Assembly: GCA_964016885.1 (NCBI GenBank)
Contig: OZ024742.1
Span: forward strand, 203,484,001 to 203,548,000
DNA: 64,000 nt
DNA from: Eledone cirrhosa
Lineage: Eukaryota
Direction of reading: 5' to 3'
In this document: positions 1 to 11,197 of the stretch, piece after piece
Numbering within the stretch: the stretch's first letter is position 1
Layout: each line of letters begins with the position of its first letter
Notes under the pieces: model-generated
Told to the model about the DNA's origin: nothing
The model's database searches: none
What the model saw: only the letters and a program-made list of their open reading frames with translations
Made by a program: the position numbers and the translations under genes

Positions 1-144
1 TATATATATATATATATATTATATATATATAATATATAATATATAATATATATATATTATATATATATTTAATATATATAATATATATATATATTATATA
101 TATTATATATCTATATTTAATATAAATTATATATATATATAATA

Positions 145-1291
145 TACTAGCAGCAGTAACCAACGTTGCCTGGGTAGGTAAAATAATATCTGCTTTGATG
201 AGAAGGTGTTGATCTTAGCGACTGCTTCTCGATGACTCATCTATGGCCACACACAGGCTATGCGGGGGAGGGTGGTGATGACCTCTATCACTGAGAAACG
301 CGGGTGACTGATGAAGGGGCATGCTGGGGGAGGGAGGTAATGACCTCTAACACTAAGCCAAATTTCCTCACGCTACTTGATTGGTAACCGATGAATTCTC
401 AAATACACAACTAAAAGCTCAAACGACGTCAGTGGCCATCGTTTTGCCTCTGACGGTCTATAAGATGTGCAATGATAGGTTCTATCGTAGTATAAAAATT
501 GAACCAAATAAATTGATTTATGTGTGAGGTGGAGCCGAAGTTTCGAATTTGAACGAAATCGGTTGAAAAATGTGGGAGCTAATGAAAGGTCGCCGTCCCT
601 GAACAAAAGATGCAAAGTGTAAAGCTACTATAAGATGTACAATAATAGGTTCTATCATAGTATAAAAGTTGAACCAAATAAATTGATTTATATGTGAGGT
701 GGAGCCGAAGTTTCGAATTTGAACGAAATCGGTTGAAAAATGTGGGAGCTAGAGACGAAAAGGCAGAAATTTGAGCGAAAAGGTGGTATTTTCGAATATT
801 TAAGCGGCTGCCACGTCGTTCCTGAACAAAAATTCCAAAATGTAAAGCCATTTTAAGACGTGAAATAATCAGATCTAGCGTCGTGTAAAATTGGAAGAAA
901 GTATGTTGATTAATGTGGGAGCTAGAGCCGAAAAAGTGGAAATTGGAGTCTAAAAGTAGTATTTTTGAATATTTAAGCGGCTGCCACGCCGTCCCTGAAC
1001 AAGAAATGCAAGATATAAAGCCATTACAGTATGTGCAATGATAAATTCTATTTTGCTTTAAAATTTGAACGAAATCGGTGGCAAAATGTGGGAGCTAGAG
1101 CCCAAAATCTTATTTTTATCTGCAGAATGACCCCGGAATAAAAAAAAAAAAACCATGCGCTGATATATAGAAAACACTACCCGATGACTAATCTATGAGT
1201 CTGTAAAGTTTCATGAAAATCGGTCGTAAGATGTAGGCCCCTATAGGTAATACACAGACACACACATACTTAATTTTATATATATACAGAT
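145..1291 (+). mobile_element. Non-autonomous Helitron/Helentron (HINE/DINE-1-like) element with internal ~170-190 bp tandem units
   Basis: Starts TACTAGCAG..CCAACGTTGCCTGGG (subterminal palindrome) and ends ACAGACACAC..TTTTATATATATACAGAT. The same end pattern occurs at 28166-29046 and 29396-30050. The internal unit is repeated at ~467-581 and ~637-751, with diverged copies to ~1110. Confidence 0.55.
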
Positions 1292-1410
1292 GTTATATAT
1301 ATTTAAAATATATATAACATCTGTAAATATAATATATTATATTATATATATATATTTAATATATATCATATATACATAATATATATTACATATATATATT
1401 TAATATATAT

Positions 1411-1459
<49 letters not shown>

Positions 1460-1520
1460 ATTATGTATATATAATATTAGATATATAAAAATAAATATAA
1501 TATATTATATATGTATATAA

Positions 1521-1555
<35 letters not shown>

Positions 1556-2157
1556 CAGGTTAATATAAATTAATATATTTGATAAACACAAATATCAACA
1601 TATTCATGTTTGTATTGTAAATGACCAAGTTAGCTAGATTGAAATATACTAATAATAATACTATAGTTTGCCTGTCTTGACTTAAGATAATAAATCAACA
1701 AAAACAAATTGTATTGGCAATGGCTGTGGTGCTTGGACAAATTTAAATTTCAAAATCAAACCTGTTCCGTAGACAGGTTTAAACCCTAAAATCCAAATAT
1801 GTTTCGAATAATGAAAAAGTGGAAGAAATACCGCAGTTTGATCTCCTCAGCAAGCACTATAAAAATTGGTATGTTCCACTTCAAAATATTTAGAAAGACT
1901 GTTTAGCGCACGAGGTAATTTCACGCGGTTATCCAGTGTCTAGCTAGTTCACATACTGGTGCTGCTAGAAATAACAGCCGTTTGTATGGGGCTAAATTCA
2001 GCTCAACGAAGGAGCAGTGATAAATCTATAATAATGAGTTCAAATCTCAGGCAGTCTTTTACAATGAAATAGCTCAAAGAAAGAGTATTTCTGAGCCGTG
2101 TAATATATATATATATATATATGTTTAGTATGTATTATATACATATATAATATATAG

Positions 2158-2345
2158 GGTGGTGGATTGGCAGTATCAGTAGTAGGTCTGACGCCATGCT
2201 TTCCAGCATAGTTATGTCCCTTTACGGTCTGAGTTCAAATCCCGCCAAGGTTAACTTTGCCTTTCATCCTTACGGGGTAGATAAAATAAAGTACCAGTAA
2301 AGCACTGGGTATTTGCTGGCCTTGTGCCAAAAGTAGAAACAATTA
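2158..2345 (+). mobile_element. tRNA-derived SINE (family 1)
   Basis: A box TGGCAGTATCAG, B box GAGTTCAAATCC, central CTTTCATCCTTACGGGGT.GATAAAATAAAGTACCAG, 3' GCTGGCCTTGTGCC..AGTAGAAACAATTA; many copies in the window. Confidence 0.85.
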
Positions 2346-2789
2346 TATACATATATATATATAATATATATATAGTTGATATATATTAAATATATAATTG
2401 ATAATATATATATATATATATATATATAATGTGTATTATATATATATTTATTAAATATAATATATATATATAATTTAATTTATATATATATAAGCAGTTT
2501 ATTGCTGGAAAATTTCAAGCCCTACAATACCAACCTGCTAACACAAATACAGTACAACACAGTTGCACCGGACCAGAGAGATCGAAACCCCTGTGTCAAA
2601 ATCAACACGAGGCCTGCGGATTGACATGAGCGACGATGCATCATTTTCTTCACACATCATGAGGGTACATCTTTTTACTTACACTCACTAGAATGTCAGC
2701 AACAATTCAGCCTCCCGCTCCCTATATAACTAGTGGAATACAAACAAATGAAAGATGTCCACATAAAATCGCCTCTCATATTCGTAATT

Positions 2790-3303
2790 ATCTGAGGTGC
2801 CCGGCTTCGCCCGGGAGAAAAGTTATGAAAAGACGGATAAAAGAGTGAACGACTGTATTGGATGTGTTGTCTAGTATGGGGTGAGGCCGTAATGTGTGTG
2901 TGTGAGAGAGATATGAAAAAAAAAACAATCAAAGATCTTACTTATTAAGCTGGGGGAGTAAACTGCCGATTAAATGGTAGCATTGGCCTTGTGTTTTAAT
3001 TGTTTGTCAAATAACCATAGTCAGTATGATCTTTTTCAGCTCCAAAGGACGTTATCTGAAACGCAGCAATATACCGCATAATATTACTTCCGAAGTATTT
3101 AGCTTCGTTATTACGGTTTGTAAGTAGTATATGGATAAAAGCTGAAGGGTAAATTAATTTCAAATAGTATCAATTTTTCTTTGTTCTGTAAAATCAAAGA
3201 CTGTAAAACGACTTTATAAAAGCTAACGCAATACTGTTAAACCTTCAACTGATACTTTGATCTATAGTTTAAGCCGATTCTAGATTTTTGTGGGACGTGA
3301 CTC

Positions 3304-3374
<71 letters not shown>

Positions 3375-3504
3375 ATCTATCTATCTCCATCTCCCTCTGT
3401 GTGTGTCTCTCTCTCTCTAGATGTGTGTGTATGTATTTGTGTGTCTGTGTATGTATTTGTGTGTGTGTATGTATTCGTGTGTATGTGTGTATGTGTGTGT
3501 ATGT

Positions 3505-3590
<86 letters not shown>

Positions 3591-3650
3591 TTTTCGTGTG
3601 ATCCAACCAACCAACCAATATATATCTCTCTTTTATATTATATATAGATA
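2790..3650 (+). mobile_element. Non-autonomous Helitron/Helentron-like element with expanded CT/GT microsatellites
   Basis: 5' palindrome CCCGGCTTCGCCCGGG (2800-2815); 3' CCAACCAACCAA..TTTTATATTATATATAGAT. Confidence 0.45.
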
Positions 3651-3758
3651 TTGAAACTCCAGTTGATACCTCACCGAGAAAAATTTAATGATCACAAATC
3701 GTAGAGTGCTTTATATCTGTTTACAAAAAAAGGCCTGCGGATTATATGATCCACCAAC

Positions 3759-3828
<70 letters not shown>

Positions 3829-3896
3829 CTGCTGGCATTAGAAGATGGCAATACATGACCAACGACATATCTCAATGATTACATAACTGCACCTAA

Positions 3897-3947
3897 GCAT
3901 CTGATGAAGTCACATACATAACCATGTAAAAGAAATATTTATCATGC
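3897..3947 (+). ncRNA. Degenerate type I hammerhead ribozyme candidate
   Basis: GCAT-CTGATGA-(weak stem II TACAT/ATGTA)-GAAATATTTATC-ATGC; stem I GCAT/ATGC. Confidence 0.35.
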
Positions 3948-4111
3948 AATAAAACAATTATCGTATAGTAACCCCGTCTTAACTACTCTTAACTGATATA
4001 TATGGTGGCTGCAAACTCTGCTAAGAGTATTGCAATTGTGTACCTTTAGTCTACAGCCAGCCACACAAACCTGTAACATATTTTGAGGTTTTATTTAGAG
4101 GTTTTCAGTGT

Positions 4112-4140
<29 letters not shown>

Positions 4141-4147
<7 letters not shown>

Positions 4148-4328
4148 GAAGGAAATGTGGTAAGGAACCAGGTGGACCATAACGCACCAAAGTACTCAAT
4201 ACTTGGGGTAGTAGAGTGGGTAATAGGAACCAGTAAGACCCCGACGGCTGAGCTCAAGCCGTTTCGACGGCTAATTCGAATTAGCCGTCGAAACGGCTTG
4301 AGCTCAGCCGTCGGGGTCTTACTGGTTG

Positions 4329-4330
<2 letters not shown>
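4141..4330 (-). mobile_element. Short PLE 3'-end remnant with terminal inversion (50-bp-arm palindrome) in (TA)n
   Basis: Perfect palindrome centred on AATTC|GAATT at ~4277. Contains the 3' half of a hammerhead (GAAACGGC..GCCGTC-GGGGTC). Same family at 19299 and 21536. Confidence 0.65.
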
Positions 4331-4385
<55 letters not shown>

Positions 4386-4564
4386 TTAAAACAGCAACAG
4401 AAGGCTGGATAGGAAAATTTACTTTAGAGTTTAAATTCCGGGAAAGCAATATACAGATTCCGATGGCTAAGCTCTGTCATCCGATTATGATTCAAGACTA
4501 GTCGATTTCAAAGGGTTTTATTTGCAGAATTATGTAACGCGAATACCTTGAACCCAAACATATT

Positions 4565-4712
4565 ATAGAAGATAGAAAATAGAAAATTCTATTCGGGGAC
4601 AACCTGCTACTTTGGTTTTATATGGATAGCAGATGGGGGCCGTCTGCTATCGATATAACACCAAATTATTAGATTGTCCCCGAATCGAATTTTCTATTTT
4701 CTATCTTCTATT
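4565..4712. repeat. Imperfect inverted repeat (~70-bp arms)
   Basis: AGAAGATAGAAAATAGAAAATTC..GATAGCAGATGG / CCGTCTGCTATC..GAATTTTCTATTTTCTATCTTCT. Confidence 0.7.
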
Positions 4713-4769
4713 TTTTATATATGTATATAATAAATATATTATATATATTGTATATATACATCATAAATA

Positions 4770-4850
4770 TAAAGGGTGTCTCACGAAAATGTATACACAT
4801 TAGAACAGCTTTCTAGTAAAAGTGTGTATACAGTTTTGGGACACCCCGTA
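4770..4850. mobile_element. Tc1/mariner-type MITE (~80 bp)
   Basis: TIR-like AGGGTGTCTCACGAAAATGTATACAC / GTGTATACAGTTTTGGGACACCCCG with flanking TA. Confidence 0.55.
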
Positions 4851-4867
4851 TATATATATATATATAT

Positions 4868-5830
4868 TTATTAAAATGACAGATTAAAGTTTAAGCAAAG
4901 AATCGCTGCTTTCACCCTTAACGGGATCTTGTGAAACTAAAAGTCAATCTGTGAACGCAGAAGTAAATATTTCGAAAAACGTTGCAACCGAAGGAAGACA
5001 GGAAGACGATACTTTGGTTCGTGGAAACGTTCCCTGGCAAAGAACGGGAAAAAAACGAAGATAATACGTCATAATTTGGAGCGGTGAAAACAATTACACG
5101 CAAAGACAGAACCACGTTCATGGTATAAATGAAGTCGTAGACTAATATTCTATTAGGTGGTTCGTGGAGACGTTCTCTGGCAATGAACGAAAAAACGAAG
5201 ATAATACGTCATTATGTGGAGCGTGATAAGGCGGTGGATTGGCAGTATTGGTAGAGAGTCGGACGCCATGCTTTCCAGCATAGTTACCTCCCTTTACAGT
5301 CTGAGTTCAAATCCCGCCGAGGTTAACTTTGCCTTTCATCCTTACCGGATCGATAAAATAAAGTACCAATAATGTACTGGGTAATTGCTGGCCTTGTGCC
5401 AAATGTAGAAACAATTATGTGGAGCGATGAGAACAATTACGCGCAAAGACAAAACCACGTTTATGGTATAACTGAAGTCGTAGACTAAAATTCTATTTAG
5501 GAAACCGAATGATTCTCGGCTTCAGAGTTAAGAATATTGTAAATAAATTACAGAGGTAATTGAAATCAACAAAAATTAAATATATATATGCACGCATCCA
5601 TATACGTACATACAATGCATACGCTAAAACACCCGCCATGGGTATGCAAATACAGGCCCGCACACAAAAGTAAAACAGACTGATTTTTTTAGTTTCAGAA
5701 GATCCCGTTAAGGGTGAAAGCATCGATTCTTTGCTTAAACTTTAATCTGTCATTTTAATAAATATTTACTCTACGGTTCTTATATATTTGATATATATTT
5801 ATCCTTATCGAGCCCTCTTTGGATTTTAGT
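4868..5830 (+). mobile_element. PLE-type remnant with inverted terminal segment, internal tandem repeat and nested SINE
   Basis: 4868-4930 is the reverse complement of 5698-5760. Hammerhead-like AGTTT-CAGAAGA-TCCC..AGGG-TGAAAGCA..TGCTT-AAACT at 5691-5741. Related sequence at 29770-29850 and, inverted, at 29970-30020. Confidence 0.5.
5229..5418 (+). mobile_element. tRNA-derived SINE (family 1)
   Basis: Near-identical to the 2158 and 7318 copies. Confidence 0.85.
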
Positions 5831-5851
5831 CTTCAAATTTATTATTATTAC

Positions 5852-5900
<49 letters not shown>

Positions 5901-5908
5901 GTTATTAC

Positions 5909-6644
5909 TCTTTGAGTCTCAGTCATTGATGTTATTTAACTGGAAAGTTTGTTGGAATGAATATCAAGCCACTACCTGCAGCCTCAGATATTCAGGACGT
6001 ATCGGAGGGTTCTTGCTGTTCCCAGCAAGCATGCCTTTTGAAGTGTTCCAAAAAGCGGGGCGGGACCAATTTTCTTTAACTATCCTTGGAAACTCTTTGA
6101 GATAGTACCTAGTGCACCTATGACAATCGGGACCACTTTGACCTCATGGCAGTTCCAAATCCTTTTTACCACCCACTTTAAGTCCTGGTATCGGTTAATT
6201 TTCTCCCTCTCCTCTTGCACTCTCGTGTCGAATGGGCAGGCTACATCCACAATCAGGCACGATCTTTTTTCCTTGTCCAAAACCACTAGGTCAGGTCTAT
6301 TGTGTTCCAGTTTCTTGTCCGTCTGTATCCTAAAATCCCACAGCACCTTCACCTGATCGTTTTCTATCACCGACTCTGGCTTATGCTCATACCACTTCTC
6401 AGAATGTGGTAAATTGTTTACCTTGCATAGGTGCCAGTGGATCACCCTGCGCATCACATCATGTCTCCAGCCTTTATAGTGAGTCTGGGCTAGGTGTTTA
6501 CACTCGGATACAATGTGAGCCACAGTCTCCTCTCTCTCTCTCCACAGATCCTACACAGTGGGCTAGCCTCCTCCTTGTAAATATGGTGTTTCAGCCACTT
6601 CGTTTTGAGGGCCTGCTCTTGCGCAGCCATTAGCATTCCTTCTG
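5909..6644 (-). mobile_element. 5'-truncated R4/Dong-like non-LTR element (CCHC + RLE endonuclease end), same family as 11198-15739
   Basis: ORFs 6080-6523 and 6490-6681 (AAQEQAL..PLCRICGE..HIVSEC..RPDLVV..KINRY) are highly similar to 11273-12406. The 3' UTR matches 11198-11270 and abuts (TAA)n at 5838-5907. Confidence 0.9.
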
Positions 6645-7316
6645 AGATGCGCGCAGGGCGACGAAACAGTCCTGCACGCACTCGTCCAGTGTCCGAGAAT
6701 TGCTGACTTGTGGGTTTATGTCGAACACCTGCTGTCGCGTGTAGGACGAATCCGGCTAACAGCTGAGTCCATCGTGAGGATTTCCCCGCCCTCTTCCTTT
6801 AGCCGGGAAGGGCAGGCAGTTTTTATCTGTCTGGTGGCCATGGCGAAAGAGATAGTATGGTGGACACGTTTGAAAGGGCTGAAGACGAGCACTTACCTCT
6901 TCGGTGATGCCCTGATTAACTTTTTCAAATTTCATTTGAAAAGGAAAATCAGGGTAGAGAGGGAAGTGCTCTCTTCCCAGCATTTTGTTGAAAGATGGGT
7001 GAGAGAAGCAAGAATGGCCCGAGTGAATGGGCCTACTCTTAGTATGTGTCTGTAAATTAAAGGTGGAAAACTGGGAGAGGGCACTTGCCCTGGTGGTCAG
7101 GGTCACTGTGGTCTTTTAATGGGCTTTCTCCACAAATGTCCCTCGGAAGTCTCCCCTCCTTATTGGGGAATTTTTCTTTGTTATTTTATTACATCCTCTG
7201 TTTTTTTTTACACGCAGAAATGCCCATTTGTACCGTCCTGTATTGTCCTGTACTGTCCTTAATGTCTACTTTATGTAAACCCTTGTGGTTAATAAAGAGA
7301 TCATTATTATTATTAT
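6645..7316 (+). mobile_element. 5'-truncated L1/Tx1-like LINE 3' end (C-terminal CCHC domain + 3' UTR)
   Basis: Frame upstream of ORF 6708-7055 reads RCAQGDETVLHALVQCPRIADLW (zf-RVT-like C..H..C..W), followed by a T-rich UTR, AATAAA and an (ATT)n tail. Confidence 0.6.
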
Positions 7317-7317
7317 T

Positions 7318-7500
7318 CGGTGGATTGGCAGTATCGGTAGAGGGTCGGACGCCATGCTTTCCAGCATAGTTACGTCCCTTTACGATCTGAGTTCAAATCC
7401 CGCCGAGGTTGACTTTGCCTTTCATCCTTACGGGGTCGATAAAATAAAGTACCAGTAATGCACTGGGTAATTGCTGGCCTTGTGCCTAAAGTAGAAACAA
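7318..7500 (+). mobile_element. tRNA-derived SINE (family 1) with (TTA)n tail
   Basis: A/B boxes and family body; tail at 7500-7533. Confidence 0.85.
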
Positions 7501-7533
7501 TTATTATTATTATTATTACTATTATTATTATTA

Positions 7534-10500
7534 CAGTTGCATTTATCTTGCTTTATGTTAATACGAGTTATCACCAAGTCACAACCAGTGACCTCAAGAG
7601 ACAACAAGGTCCGCCATGTTCAAGAAAGAACATACATACTCACACATGCATCTTTAGTGTTTAGACTTGTGATGTACTTATATTGACAGAATCTTCCTTA
7701 GTATATGGGCAGTTCCCATTAGCACTATCTTTTGTATTTCTCCTATACGCGGGTTTCCTGGGATCTGCGATAAGTAATCATTAGACCCCTTAGGTATCAT
7801 TCCCAGAGCGCCTACAACCACTGGTATTGTTTTAGTTCTCAATTTCCACATTTTCCCAATTTCTATCTCCAGGTCCTTATACTTGCTCAATTTTTCAAAT
7901 GTTTTTATAGATACATTCTTGTCTATTGGAACAGACATATCAATTAGCAGGCATACCCTCTTTTTAAAGTCCTTCAATATTATATCAGGTCTATTTGCAT
8001 CTATTTTTCGGTCTGTTTGGATGCTAAAGTTCCACAGGATTGAGATGTGATCTTTTTCAAGTATGGGAGGTGGTTGATGCTCCCACCAATTCTTTTGATG
8101 GGGCAGGTCAAAATGCTTACACATTATCCAATGTATGTATTGTGCAGCTCTGTTATGCCTGTTTAGGTATTCGTTTGGACTGCACATTGAAATTATATGG
8201 TCAATGGTCTCTGGTTGTTTTTTACATACACGGCATAATGGGCTGCATCCATTTTTTATTATGCATCCATTTTTTATTATTATTTTACCTGCTTTGCTTT
8301 TTCTGTGTTTTCCATTTCAGCAGTAAATGGGACTTCTGAAATTTGTATCTTTGTGCATCTTTTGTAATGGAATATGATCTTTAGATGCTTTCGTGTTTCA
8401 AAACGAGTTTGATCATCCAATCATGTGATTCCCTTAGATATGTAGATAATCCAATTGTTGCAGTTTTCAACGCAATGTCTAACTGGATTAACCCACGTCC
8501 TCCTTCTTTCCTAGGGAGATATATTCTATCTATATCTGCCTTAGGGTGATGCATTCTGTGCATGGTTAAGAATTTTCGAATTTTTGTATCGAGCCTACGG
8601 ATCTCTGTGCTTGACCAGTTGATGACATTGTAACTGTAGGTTACTACTGGTATGGCAAGCGTGTTTATGGCATCGATCCTATTCCTTGCATTCAATTCCG
8701 TTCTTAAGATTGCTCTTACTCTGCGGTAACATTCCTTCCTTATCCTTTCCCTCACTATCGAGTGCTTGATTCCGTCTCCTTCACAAACACCTAGATATTT
8801 GTAAGTTTTTTCTTGATCAAGTTCTCTTATCACGTTCCCCCGATCAAGATTAATGTCTGAACTCTTCAGCAGCTTTCCTCTGGTGAACGTTGCTTTGGCG
8901 CATTTATCTAGTCCAAACTCCATTTTAATGTCATCACTGAACTGCTCCACAGTGGATAATAGCCCTTGCAATTGTTCATCATTTTTTGCAAATAGTTTCA
9001 GGTCATCCATGTAGAACAGGTGATTAATGGTTTTGTCATAGACTTTATATCCATGTTTTGTTTCATTGAGCATTTTACTTAATGGTATAAGCGCGATGCA
9101 GAATAAAAGCGGTGATAAAGAGTCACCCTGAAAAATTCCACAATTAATATTAACTTCTCCAGCTTCCAGTGATTTTGTTTCACTATTCAAAAGGAGTGTC
9201 GTTTTCCATGTCTTCATACTGAATGACAAAAACCTCCTGACAACGGGGGATATTTTGAAAATCTCTAAACATTTTTCAATCCAACTGTGTGGCAAACTAT
9301 CGAATGCTTTTTTATAATCTATCCAAGCAATCGATAGATTTTTGTGTCTATTATGACAATCTTCCAGTATCATTTTGTTAACCAGAAGCTGATCCTTACA
9401 GCCATATAAGCCTCGTTTACACCCTTTCTGCTCAATGGGAAATAGGTCATTTGTTATCAGGTGGTCATATGTGTATTCAGTTAGGACTGATGTTAAAATT
9501 TTATACATTGTGGTCAAGCAAGTTATCGATCTGTAATTTTGGGGATTGTTTGTCTCATCATTCTTCGGAAGCAGGAATGTAATGCCGTTAACCAGCCATG
9601 ATGGTATCTTTTCTGGCTCCTTAACTATTTCATTGTAAAGTTGGGCTAACAGCTCATGAGACTCTGTGAAGGCATTTATCCAAAAGTTTTGTATTTTGTC
9701 TTTTCCTGGGGATTTCCATTTGCTGGTTTTTCTTAGAGCCAAGCGCAACTGTTCAACTGTTATATTTTCCCATATTTGTTCCTCAAGGTGAGCTGTATCT
9801 TTCATTTGTCTGTCTATCCATGGGGCATGTATGTTATGAACTTTTTCTTCGGCCCAGATCTTTTCCCAGAATTCTTGCACTTCCTCCTTGGGTGGTATTG
9901 ATTTAGCAGTTATTGTTGACTTACCAATTTTTCTGTAGAAGTTTCTTTGGTTGTTTTTGAACATATTATTGTCCTTATAGAATCTAGATCGTTTTTCAAA
10001 GCGCCTTATACGAGCAGCTTTGGCCGACACTTTTTGCTTGATTATTTCTATCAGCATGTCTATGTCACATGTTGATTTTATACTGTACCTTTTTTTCAAT
10101 TTTCTAAGTTTAGTTTGTTTAACATGTTCACCTACTTTATAGTTTGTTAAAATTTCTATGTCAGATCGGAGAAGGTTTATTTGGCGATTGATGTTCTCTT
10201 GCCAAGTAGATTTCTTGTGGGAATTCCTTTGTTTTTTCATCTTCACTCCACATAAGTGAGTGGTGACTTTAGCCGATGCATAATAGAGATGATTTAAATC
10301 AGTAATGTTTAGTTTGTTTGTGATGATAATGTTTTTGAGAATTATGTTAGTCTTGTGTATTATCTTTTGGTTCTGTTTGGAGTTCGGGATCTTAGGGAGG
10401 GTGTCTCGTTGCCCCATGTCAGATTCTTTCATTTTCATCCATTTGATCATAATTTCATCCTTCAAGTTGGCAAGTTCATTCTCATTCATTTCTTTATCAT

Positions 10501-11142
10501 TTACGATCTCATTATTTTCATTTGGAGTTTCATCCTGAGCATGCACTCCCTCCACTTTTTCGATCCTTTCTTTAATTTGTTCTGTTGCCAGTGATTCCGC
10601 CCCAACCCTGGGGTTCGAAGTGTTTCAGTTTACCTCGTTTTCACTGACACATGTTTCATTTTCCCTTCGCTGACTTTGTGCTAATAGCTTGATCTGATCA
10701 ATTTCTATATCAGTTAGTAACTTTTTTCTTACAATATTTCTTCGTATATTGGCTAGTTTGTTACTGTCAATATAGCCTCTGTTTTCGGGATGTTTCTTTT
10801 TCCAGTTGATATATGTCTGTTCTGTATTCGATGTATGTGATGGGTAGTAGTACATGGCAGTGTAGAAAGCCTCAAGGACTTCTTTATTATCTTCCCTTGA
10901 CCGTTTTTCTCTCTTTTTCTTTGGATTTCTTGGTGGTGAGCATGGAGGGCCAACAGTAGGAGTATTCCGGTTATGGGAGGTCTCCAGCTCTGAAGTGATG
11001 GGAAGGTTTGAACCATTAGCTGATTTCTCGACCCCAGTCTGGTTCCTCTCTGAGGGACGCGGCCCTTTTTTACCCGGGTGACGGCCGATCCGGTATGAGA
11101 TTTTATCCTTAGACATTTACTTTATTTTGTCGCGTTTTATCC

Positions 11143-11143
<1 letters not shown>
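7534..11143 (-). mobile_element. R4/Dong-like RLE non-LTR retrotransposon A, near full length, disrupted
   Basis: Bounded by (TAA)n on both sides. N-terminal ORF 10625-11116, RT ORF 8381-10555 (WIDYKKAFDS, GIFQGDSLSP, YMDD), RLE ORF 7678-8187 (RHN, RPDII..D, K..KY, GALG). Confidence 0.9.
7678..11116 (-). pseudogene. Fragmented RT-RLE polyprotein of element A
   Basis: Three ORF pieces separated by stops/frameshifts, with an apparent deletion and short duplication around 8190-8380. Confidence 0.8.
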
Positions 11144-11186
<43 letters not shown>

Positions 11187-11197
11187 GTTATTGTTAT

